A DNA stretch of 64,000 bases from the NCBI GenBank assembly GCA_010909165.1, contig VJWM01000025.1:3100001-3164000 (forward strand), written 5' to 3'. The translations under genes and the position numbers were made by a program. Position 1 is the first letter of the stretch, and the number at the start of each line of letters is the position of its first letter. The notes beneath the pieces were generated by a model, which saw nothing but the letters and a program-made list of their open reading frames with translations, was not told the origin of the DNA and searched no databases. Below, one piece after another: positions 11,500 through 22,463 of this stretch. The stretch is from Anthoceros angustus. Its lineage: Eukaryota > Plantae > Anthocerotophyta.

Positions 11500-14400
11500 C
11501 TACAAGTGCCAAATTCGCATGCGCTCCATCTCCTGTAAGGCCAAAGCTATCATTCGCACAAAGCCTCGGTCTTCATTGATGTCATTTTGGGTGTCGTTTC
11601 GGTCGTCGCCATACAAAGATCCAAAGTCTGCTGTCCATCCTCCATAAGTTCGCGGTTGTCGCTTCAACCTCTTCGCACTCAATGCGACGACGGCTTTCAA
11701 GCGCCTTCTCGCTAATACATACCTCTTTTGCCCAGAATCGAGATGGTCCCCTTCGGCGGCTCAAAAGTCACCTCCTCGTCTCAGACGGCAAGACATCAAC
11801 GGTATGCACTGGGCAATGTAACTGCGCATCTCAAGTCCGCCTATTGCAATACGAGGCCACACGAACGCAGTGTCGTAGTCCCACCGCCCGAGCATGCATC
11901 AATAACCCGCCTCCTTGGAGAATGTCCTCACGAGTTTCATCATAAGACCCAATGGTCTCGGTATGGGCACACTACCAACTTGTCATGAGACAGTAAACTG
12001 CTTTCTTGATGAGGGTGTCCAATAATGATCTTCCATTGTTGAAGGTCCTGCATCACATTTGGCATCATGGCCGCCCTTGAACATCCATCTTTCACACCCC
12101 ATCCAACTCGTAACGTATTCCACGCCTCAAATCCTCCTCTGTCGTTGTTCATGTTAGTCTTATCCCAAATGAATGACACCAAGCCGCCTTTGGCACACCA
12201 CTAATAGCCTCCCTTACCGTATGGGCTTCTTCAACACCATGCATGACGATAATTGAAGTCGTCATTTTCCGCTTTCTCCGAAACTTTGGAACACAAGACC
12301 CATCATGGATAAATCCATTCGTTTGTCCATTGGCCCGATGTCAAATCCACGGGAACATCCATGACAAGGTGTATTTCCTTCCCTCAAAACCCACGCATGT
12401 CCGTAACGCTATGGGCTTCCACTGCACTTGGACTTTTCCGACGGAACATTGAATATCTGGAGTCCTTCTTGCAAGTCCTTATCCGCCAAAGCCCGCTGCT
12501 CATTCTCTAAGCCCTTCCAATTATTGATCTCGAAAATGAAATGCAAGTCGTCGGGCAGCTTTGTCCTCCACGCCTCCCGTCCTTGCTGCCAAACCAAACA
12601 ACTGTTAGAATGCGAAGCCTCTCACAATAAGTGAGGGCGCGGGCCGGCGCCCAGCCGGCCGGCGCTCCCACCGCGCCGGAGGCGCGCCGGCCGCCCCGCT
12701 CCGCGTGAGAGAGGCCACGGGCGGCCGCACCCACCGCCTGACCGTGCGAGGCCCGGCCGCGCCCGTGGCGACGAGTGCCGGCCGCCGCCCCAATGATCAG
12801 AGATGGGCGCGCCGGCCGCTGGATCATGCGCGCCGGCTGAGAATTGAAATGGAAAGAAGGTCCGGGAAAATGGCTTACCTTTCCAAATGCCGCTTTGGAA
12901 TCGCGACAAGCATTTCATCGCTTGAGGTCAGATACTCGCCGAACCTCTTCAAAAAGAGCAACCCAAGTGTTTAGCCATCGCCACTTGAATAATATGGAAT
13001 TTCTTCCAAGCGATATATCGTCATCCATTCCTTTCAGTCAATGAGACCGCCACACTTTCTCCATGATAAGTATCCGCCCACACTCCCCACTGGAATCCCT
13101 TGAAATGATTTCCAAGGCTTTGCAAGCATATCTTTTGGCTTCACATAAAGGTCTATTTTGTTAGCCTCGTTGGCCACTTTCCGCTTCACCTTGCTCTTCT
13201 TGCTTGTCCTCGCTATCACATGCTTCTTCCGCTGCAACTCCCCTGCTTCCCACTTCGTAAATATCTTGTCTACATTTTCCCATACCCTACCCTCTTGTTT
13301 CGCGATGCATAAAATGTGGGTCCTGTTGTCAACCTTGTTCTGTTTATAAACATCATCTTCGCGTGCTTCATCATCCTCAATAAGCCCCAACACCTTATAC
13401 AAGTTGAATTTCCATGTCATGGTCATCTGCACACCATCCCGTTTCGCAATAATCAATTCATCACGCAAATACCTCACCTGCTCTATAAAATTCATCTTCC
13501 GGCTTGTCGACATCGTGGTGGTCTGCGGGGACTGATCTCGTACATTGAGACCACAAGACACATGAGCCTCCACACATCGAAACCGCTTTTGCGGAGAGAT
13601 GTCCGCAAGATGCTTCATTGCATAAGTGGTTTCCTCCTAGGACTCCCATGACATATTTTTGGCCTGAATCCGCCACCTAGTTTTTCCATGTCATCACACC
13701 GCAGGATCAATCATACATAATAAAGGCAAAACGCCCTCTTCAATCCTCCCTTCGATATAACACGCGCCAAATAATTGGCCCATGCTTCATCCACCTCCAT
13801 CATGCATCGGCGATGCCGGGCCGAAGGTTCTCAATTTCACCAGACTGCTTCCAATACTACCTTCTTCGCATATGTCGCTTCTCTCGACCCGTGTCAAGGG
13901 TCTTCATCCGGATAGCTTCCGCAATCCTCCCGGTCTGTGTTGTCACATGAGTGGGAATGTCACCCACATTTTCCACCCTCTGCAGCTTGTTGCCTTTCCT
14001 CTTTGCTTTTGCTTAGGATGGTCCTCTCGCCTTCCTCCTCGATCTTCTTCAAGCAGATCCCGCCTTCCTTTTCCCTTAGGCCCTTCCTCCTCTCTCAGCC
14101 GCTTGAGCGGGCCGGGCGCCCTCCTCCCGCCTCATGCGATGGTGCCTGAGGCTGCCTCCTGGTGGAGGGCGCCACCGGCGCCTGTTCACCTCCGCTCCAA
14201 GAGCTCGACGCCAAGAGCACCGCCTGACTGGCGGCTGGCGCCGGCCGGCGCCTCAACCACCTCCTGATGTCAGAACCCCGGGTGTTTCATAAGGCATGAA
14301 AACCCCGCATCCTCGTCTGTAGCGTCCGAATTTTCTTCATCCGAATGCCCCTGGATATCGGGCATTGGCCCATAGTCTTCATCCTCGGGCCAATTCGTGC

Positions 14401-15300
14401 CCTCCTCGTCGCCTTCCTTCTCTTCCTCGCCACGCACTCGGCTCTTGCGCGCCGCCATGACCCTCTGTGTTTAACGATCGCTTGTGTGATTTCCGCACAC
14501 GTCCCCGATGAACGCATTCCCCATCACGAGCCTCGCAATGAACAATGCTCGTTAGAGACAACCGATCGAAGCAAAAACATTGGAAAGCGAAATTGGATCG
14601 AGTTGCGAATACCGATTGCTCACACATTCAAAGCTCCAAAAGCTCGGCAGTTCGACTTCTTGATCACAAGATTGTTGAACGATCTCGAACGCTCAGATAG
14701 CTCGGGACCTGGCACCGCATCAAATTCTTGGGGCCTTGTAATGCGAGCAATCTACAGGATCCCCATTGACATGTCCAATGTTGCCCACACCACCACCCCC
14801 TTGCCGTTGATTTGGCGGTGCATCCTTGTAACCCATAATCCACACCTTGTAACGGCGTCAAAACATGCTCGTCTTGTTGCGATCTGAACAACCATCCAAT
14901 CCTTGTCCAAGACCTTCACTGCATCCATCCGAGCTCCAAGGCGCCGAATGTAAACTCTCTCGGTCGTATGGCGAAGGAATAGGAGCCACCCTCTTCCCAC
15001 CCTTCTCACCTTCTCTCCATGGCCTCCTCGATTTTGTTGTGGAAGCCTTGCCGACCCCCAGGCTTCCAGACTGAGTCCCCCGCGCTCACCGCAGCCCCCG
15101 GCTAGCATGTCCTCCCAAAGACAGAGGTCTTCCATGCAAATCATCGGCAGGCGCCTTCTCGCCAGCGGTCTTTGCTTTCCCGCTCACTCTCGTTTTCTTC
15201 GTCCTCTGGACAGGCTGGGATCCGGATTCCGGTCGCCCTGATCCTTCTTGCTTCGTCGCCCCATCGCCATCACCTTCAATTCAGCATAGGCCAATTCAGA
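11500..15300 (-). CDS. ParB-like domain plus beta-class N4-cytosine/N6-adenine DNA methyltransferase (frameshifted in this sequence; probable intron ~12600-12878; ends approximate)
   Basis: ParB-like EVDEAWANYLAR..PLLCMID..YVMGVLGGNH..MKHL at ~13600-13800. MTase motifs in beta order: IHLVMDVP/GFDI (motif IV-like, ~12340-12375), SFIWDKTN (~12155-12178), CPY.RPLGLMMKLVRTFSKE (~11910-11972), VIDACSGGGTTTL (motif I, ~11868-11906). Confidence 0.8.
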
Positions 15301-15630
15301 TGGGCCTTCCTTCTCTGCTAATCAGCGACCGCAATTCCAGAACAAACGCGTCAATGGATGCACAAATCAGTGCAAACCTGGAAAGTGAGAAAACCTTGAG
15401 CAGCGCTGCGCAGTCCGGTCTCCCTCGCCCAATTTCACCGCGTTCCTGCTGCAATCAAGGGGTTAGAGATGGCGCTCTCGCCACCACCGCCTCGAAGTCC
15501 CGCTCTCGCCTCCGCACAAAGCGGGAATTGCTCGCCGCTTGAGGATGGTTGCGCCCACGCCGGTTTGTATGCCCCAAACTTGCTTTTAAGCGCCGTAACT
15601 CGCTCACCTCTCGTGAATAATTACTTTAAG

Positions 15631-15639
15631 TTAGGGTTT
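15631..15639. promoter_or_regulatory. Telo-box (TAGGGTTT) in the divergent intergenic region of the element
   Basis: TTAGGGTTT lies between the head-to-head cargo and transposase genes. Confidence 0.35.
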
Positions 15640-16084
15640 CGTTGCTCCAACTAGCCGATGGTTCGAACCCGTGGTCACATTATTAACGCCGCCATGTTGT
15701 ACCTACAGTTAACGCTCACCGCTTTTCCCATTGCGTGTGTTTGTTTAATTACAAACCATAATGACTTTCCACTTGCCTCCACCGCAAGCATTAGTAACTT
15801 AACGACGTTTTCTTCAACAATGGTTTTATATGGTTGGTGATGTTATCAAAACGGCCTCCGTGAAGGCTTAGACATTTCAAGATCTAATGTTAGAATGAAC
15901 CTTGCCTTCTTTCATTCCTCCACTTCGTCCTACCTAAGACGCCCAACAAAATGCTTCGCCACTCACTCAGAGGACGACGCGTAAGTCTCGATCGCACAAT
16001 GTCGTCGTGGATGCGTGCGGAAACATGTCCTCATTCCCTGCTTGATTGTGCGGCTTGACTGCGGATGGTGAGGTCAATCCCAAT

Positions 16085-19000
16085 ATGAAAGACATCTTCC
16101 GAAAAGCAACGGACGAGAAGAGCGGACTGAATGCCCCCCAAGCGTCCGCCGGTCACCAAGACATCTCCGCCTCGCGCCACCACGGGTCCTGAAGGTTTGT
16201 TTCATCACCGGATTCTAATGGAGGTTGACTTTGTGAATTTTATCCTCTACTAACTGTCAAGTCTTTGGCACACCGGGCGCCTGAATCGAGCCCGACATCG
16301 CCGGCCTCGGCCTCCCTACCATTCCGAGGTGCCCCGCCATGGACACCAAGAAATCTTAACCGGTATGCGCTGGAAGGATCTCCATGCAAACAACGGTGTG
16401 AGCAAGCAATGACCGCTAGAAACCAGGCCCTCCCAAGGTGGGCTCAATGCGTGAGGCATTGTTCGCAGGGAGTCCGCACGCACCATCGAAGCCAAGACTG
16501 CGGCAATACATCAATGAGGAGGCGACGATTTCATCAGCCCCGAGATCGACATCCGCCATCTTATCACCCCAAACCAGTGAGTGAGACTTTGGTGTCTGCA
16601 GAAACTACGAGTGTCCGGTGCCAGAAGAGGCGAGCTGCGGGGGTCTCAATGAGGAAATGTGAAGTCGAAAGTATCAACATTGATTTCGGAAAGGCATGTT
16701 GCAATCAGATGTGTCTCCACAGATTGACAAAAGAAAGGTTTCGTGAACAACGATATCGCTATTTACGGATGGGGAGGCAGGAGCAGGAAACATTTTTGGA
16801 ATCCCTGATACAGGTTGTGCGACAGGATCTGGGTAACGTCAAAGTTGTGACTCATCTTCTGGGGCCGGATCCTTTCAGATGCTGCTTGCGCGCCTTCAGA
16901 AGAGTGTATTGCCTCGGCCACAGCAGGTATGAAGAGTTGAAGAGTAGAGTCATAATGCACTGGGATGCTATGAGGTCAATCCAAAAGCAATCACCATGCA
17001 TTAAGTGCAATAGCCTGGATGGACAATGCTTTCCTCAACATGGTGAGAGACTTCCAAATATCGAGGTCTTCAACTACCCGACACATACACAAAACTAGAA
17101 ATTTGGAGTGAATATAGGCGGCATTGTGAACAAAGAGGTCATGCACGTGACCACGCCCGGTTCTTGAAGCTATGGAAAGGGCACTTCAACAGGTAAAGAT
17201 TCCAAAGTCCAACAGATTCTCTACTTGCTCTCTGCTACTGGATTGAAAACAACTATACGAAATACAATCTCAAAGGTTGATCAAGGTAAGTTACATTGTT
17301 ATCCTTATCCCTTGTTTTCCAAAGATACGAGGGTGGTTGACCATGTGGGCCAAACCCTCAATGGCGCGGTATATGTATGTGAATGTGCCCCCGCCAGGAC
17401 GGTGGGCGCCACCGCGCCCACCATGTCTACCTTATCTAAGGAGGTTCCTCGGTCATGCGGGCCGGCCGCCACGCCTGGGGTAACCCATGTGCCTATGACA
17501 TTGCTTGGGCCCCGGCAAGGCACCGCTATTACCATCTCGACCTTGCGGGAATGAGGTCGGGGCGCCGGGGCGCGCCCCCAACCACATCAAGTATGCCTTG
17601 TAACCGACCTTCCGCTTGGAAATGCCGACAAATGTTCGCCCATTATATCATTTAAGGTCCGTCGAGGGTGGAGGGGTGGAGGAAGGTCAAGTTGCGGTGT
17701 CCATGACATACATTGCCATCTCGAGAGTGATGCTTGATGATTGCTGGACATCATACTATGTTTTTATCTTGTAAGTTGACAACTTTAAAGGGACTCACAA
17801 CTACGGTGCATATGGTGCAGAAATATCAACAAGATTGACGCCCACCGCGAGCAGTAGCCGAAGGCAAGATGACAAAACACCGGAGCAAGAGTTATGTTGA
17901 ACCACATAAGTATATGCTGCTATGTATCGATGGCATGGACCAAGAAGACAGAGCTACCGCACATGTTGAGGTGGCCAAAAACCTAGACGAGGAATGTCGC
18001 ATTGTTCACGTGGTCGGTGCATGATCCACAACTACACCCACAAAGCCACGGCGTTTTACCACGCCAACCTCCGGAATGATGCCAATTTGACTATCCGTCA
18101 TTCAAGATGTCATCCACAACTATGATGGTGTGCTGCCCAAAGTTTTGTATTTGCAACTTGACAATACATGTCGGGAGAACAAGAATCAGCTATTGTTTGC
18201 ATATTTGAACATGCTCGTTGATATGGGCACGTCGAAAAAGTGAAGGTGGGATTCCTCTTGGTTGGTCACACCATGATCAAATAGACCGATGTTTTCCTGC
18301 TTCCAAAAGCCTTAAACACAAAGAAGCGACACGCTACCATTACAGACATTCTGGAGGCATATACTCCTCTCCAGGTGAAGGTTTGGAGGTTCCAGATTTC
18401 GGACATATGTCCGCCAATACGGGGATGGAGGTCAAGTATGCGGGTGAAGAAGTTGAATAATCTCATACCACCAGTTCAAAATTACGCGAGGACAAACCGA
18501 CCGCCGTCGGTCCATCGTGGAGCAAGCAAGATTCAACTTCACCGCTTTGGGAAACGGAGGCGTTTTGGAGTTTTAAATTTCGCTCCTTCGAGGCCATAAC
18601 GCCTTTGATGTCCTTACGCACGGGATAAAAAGGAACTGCGGGGCACTCACACCCACCAAGGTGTGGCTCATTTGAAGGATGGGTTAGTGGTTTGCGACCT
18701 GTAATGTACCAAGAGTACAAGTGGTGGGAAGAATTGCTTGACTGCAGAGATTGGTTATTGTCGAAAACCACATCGGCCTTGTTCGGACCGTCCTTGGAAA
18801 TGGTTCTCCGTCTTTGAAGAGGAAGAGACAGCCCCTTCATGTACCGATGAAGCTTTGCTAGAGGAAGCTTGTGAGGAGCTTCCCAACGAGATATGTACCG
18901 GAGCATATCAAAACATTGGAAGGCAGCAGCGTGAAATGGCGCGGTTGAATGGCGGCGTAAATCAAGGGAATGTTCCTCGCAGTGCCATGCACCACATACA

Positions 19001-19412
19001 CAATGAACCTTCCGGATTGGGAAAGTAACGACGTGAGGTTGGATGCACCACAACCTCACTTTCTTATCCACCGTATCGGATGGATCATACAGATGCGCAT
19101 TTAAGGCGGTGTATGTAGAGGAATATATACTACGAGGAAGCCGCAAACAAGATGGACGGCACGGGGAAAAAGGGAATAAGGTATTTTATCCCAAAACATA
19201 CAGGAGGTCTATGTCAATGATACATCCTTTATTACGGTTTTATTTTGAATGCACGGAAACATTTGTATGGTGGACAAAAGGCGATCGTGGACAAATTGAG
19301 CGAATATGGATTCATACAACCAGCCAGTCAAAGTGTGGCAGAGGATAGCGATGACAATAATGGGGACGCTGGGCCAAGCGATGACGAAGGCGTGAACTCG
19401 GGGGACGAATAG
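16085..19412 (+). CDS. Sola-like/DUF7869-type DDD transposase (frameshifted; probable intron 17286-17790; start approximate)
   Basis: Cys-rich N-terminus KACCNQMCLH...CCLRAFRRVY; HGERLPN; KIPKSNRFSTC; core YMLLCIDGMDQ, NDANLTI, LPKVLYLQLDNTCRENKNQLLFAYLNMLV, KVKVGFLLVGHT(H)DQID; TAG at 19410-19412. Confidence 0.85.
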
Positions 19413-21254
19413 CTATTGAGCGTAGGACGACCAGCCTGAACCATTCTCATTAGGGGTTGTATGGATGTGGCTCCCCACTTCACGTGTCCATTACGCCCAT
19501 CCTTTCCAACTTAATCGCGATGGAAGGGTGGGGGGCGCCGGCTGGCCGGCGCCCCCCATTCCTCGTGTTGCTGTAAGTGCATAACTTTATCTCAAATTGA
19601 AGTAGCTGCAATGACGATTGCATATACCATGTTTGGGTTGTGTCACGAGTATTGATGGATGTCACGGTATTGATGCACGAATATGGTGCGTGTGAAGCGG
19701 TTTGGGGTAGTGTGTGCAACACCACGGCATGCAACATGACCCCCACTGCAAGGTTCTATGCCATTCCAAAGGAAGTGGTGACCATGCGATATCAAACATG
19801 TGGAATGTGTCCTTGTGGACACGACAGGGGCGCCGCGCCGCCCACTCGTGGAACATGCCACGCGCACCACATCCACTGCTCAAATTCATTCTCAAGGAAC
19901 CGGTGCCCAAGTGGATAGCAAACATGTTCCATGTGACCTTGGTGAGGTGGGAGGGCGGCCACCGGCGCCCATCCTGCCTCACCACTGTTCAAAATAGGCG
20001 AAGGATCACACATTACACCTGAACGGGAAACAAAATTTTCTTCCCATAAATATGTTGATGGTTTGAACGTGTCCGCGAAATTGCATAACCCTTCCATAGT
20101 GGCGTTCGATTCGCAGATTTCTGCTAACGGTATTGCTTGACCGGCATACAGGGTGTGCATAGTGGGTCTTGTTTTGGCCGAAACAAATGGTTAAGGGAAG
20201 AGGGTCACCCTTCGGCAGTCATATGAACCAACGGAAAACTCGTATGATCCAAGAGCCGGACCCTTTTTTCCAGTATGGTTTCAATAGCAACCTTTTTAGA
20301 CCCATCACCAACCCTCTTCAGCGGTTATTCACAAAAAACCCCCATCGAGGATATTCCCCCCCTTCAAAATTTATGGTGTTCTAAATATCAAAAGCACAGT
20401 GCTGGAGTATACTACCAGAATTGACAACGTGCTATCCAGGCAGGAAACAACATAATATTTGAAGCGGCTGAATATACATGAAGCGGCTGCAGGGGTCTAT
20501 ATACGTGGATCCAGGTTTAAGATGGTTATGAAAACGGCATGTTTGGGATTAGGCGTAAAACGATGTAAAATAAGGGTGAAGATCACCGTAACGCTTGTGC
20601 CAACTATAGCTGAAAACGGTGCTCTCCGGCTTATCATGCGCACGAGAAAAGTACCCATGTTCTCTCCCCTCATTGCAGGAAAAAGTGGTCGCTCGAGTTT
20701 CCGGTTTGTGTTGCAATCATTGTGGCCAAGAACAGAAATCAACGCATTTAAAATCACATGGAGACACATGGAGACAACTATGGTATGGGTTTGTAGAGGT
20801 TGTCATATCGGCCCGAAAATGTATGCGATTGTTGGGTGTGGCATGGCGGCGTCTTTGCGTCTTTGCCGAGCTCTGAAGCGCATGAAACGGATGTGTCCTA
20901 TACGATGGCGGAACGAACACGTATGGATATGGCGTCCGGAGGGTGGAAAGTGGAGCACAAAGCGTCCATGTCCGCCATGGCTTATCTATAACGGCAAATG
21001 TTTGTAACTAGTGCAATTGTGTAATGAAGAAATGTATTGCGCTAGTGTATTGCGACATGGTAGACGCCATACAAGGTGACATTTAAGATGTACTCATCGG
21101 GGCATGGTGGTCTTGGATGTCTTAAAACAATGTATGACAAGAACATGAAACTTATGTCCGACACTTGTCCAATTTCAAACCCTATGCCATGAAGAGAAAT
21201 TAGGGATAAACATAAGGTTCCTTGTTATTTCAAGAGCACATGTCATTACTCTTA

Positions 21255-22460
21255 TGAATCGAGACCTCGTCCCCGTCTAGCCTCATCTCCATCTTCATCA
21301 CTCATTGCCTCATCCAAGTGTTTGGTTGAATGTGAGGACTGGTAGCGCACTCAACTTTTCCTTTATAGCTTTCTTGTCTGCTGCGTCTACGGATGTTTCC
21401 TGAAGTAGTGGCCCCATGTATATAATAATCCTTTAAAAACCTTGGATGTTGGGGGCCTTTGACTTTCCTTGACTTTTGTTTTGTGGTCCATTGTCGATTC
21501 ATCCTTTGAAAAATTCTCCAACATACTTGCCCTCATAAGCATCCGTGCTCGATTCGCCACCTTGCACAAGACACGTTCCGGCCCCAAGGTGCACACTACA
21601 ACCTTCGCTGCAGGACCTATTGTGTGTGTCACCTCGCATCGCGGTGTCACAATAAACATTCCTTTCTCGTATCTCCATAATATCGCCATCCATCCTTCTT
21701 GCCACCTCTTCTTGGCGTTAAATAGTTTGGTAGGCCCCTCAGATACATGTCCTGTGGTATGTCACGAAAAGAGCCTCGTCGACAAACCCATTATGTGCAA
21801 AGGGGAACTCGGCAGTGGGTAGCCCTATCGTACCATCTCCGTGGATTTTGAACAAGCCCAATGTTATGATCCACAATATTTGCGATTTCGTGTTGATCAT
21901 TCCAATCCATCCACCATTCTTCCTCTACAGCAGAAATATGTTGGCGCTTCACCAAATCCTTTTGAGATCCACGCCTTCACGCGGTCAAACCACCATCACT
22001 AGCTTGTCCTTCGCCCGCAATGCCATCAAAGGAGCGGGCCCGATGGCAATTCTGGAACAAAAGTCAAGAACTCGAGAGCCCATCTTCGATTTACAAGGGG
22101 AAGTGGAGTATTCTGCGAATAACAGACCTTTCCCCGCCCAACTTTGTCCTCGCGGGTGATTTTGAACCTAGTGCGAAATGAAAGGTTGTTCCTTCCGAAC
22201 CACAGAATACTTCCTACGTTCACTAATTGTAATGGCCATACTATGTCCGGTCACCACCTCATCAGACTTTCACCTCTGGATTAGCGGCGTGAACGAGGAC
22301 TTCAATATGTCCTCCATAGTTGGTGATGTCCGGCCTCCTTATGTTTTAAATGCTTAGAAAAACATGAAAACATTTGATCCACTTGGTCGTGCGATGCCCC
22401 CGCGAGGAGGAATCCAACCTTCACCTTCTCGAACGTCCCGAGTTCAACGAGCATGTTCCG
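21255..22460 (-). pseudogene. C-terminal part of the copy-2 transposase
   Basis: NMLVELGTFEKVKVGFLLAG..HDQVDQMFSCFSKHLKHKEA reads outward from the LTR edge; acidic tail near 21260-21320. Confidence 0.8.
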
Positions 22461-22463
22461 TCT

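Larger units (their letters stand above)
11092..20380. mobile_element. Complete 9.3-kb Sola-like TIR DNA transposon, copy 1, with transposase and cargo gene
   Basis: Left TIR AACACCATAAATTATGAAGGGGGGGAATAT (11092-11121); right TIR reverse complement AACACCATAAATTTTGAAGGGGGGGAATAT (20351-20380); TSD CTAA at 11088-11091 and 20381-20384. Confidence 0.92.

Noticed and set aside
13034-13150. Possible SRA/YDG domain from FQGIPVG
   Set aside because: Other SRA motifs are absent; the segment is part of the ParB-MTase gene
11500-15300. Bacterial or phage contamination as the source of the methylase
   Set aside because: The gene lies within TIRs and a TSD, is nested in plant retroelements, has a probable spliceosomal intron and has a paralog in the window
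22455-22463. TSD of the gypsy element
   Set aside because: Left flank (CGTCT) does not match any right flank (TTGGT, AGCAC); the sequence is too noisy to call
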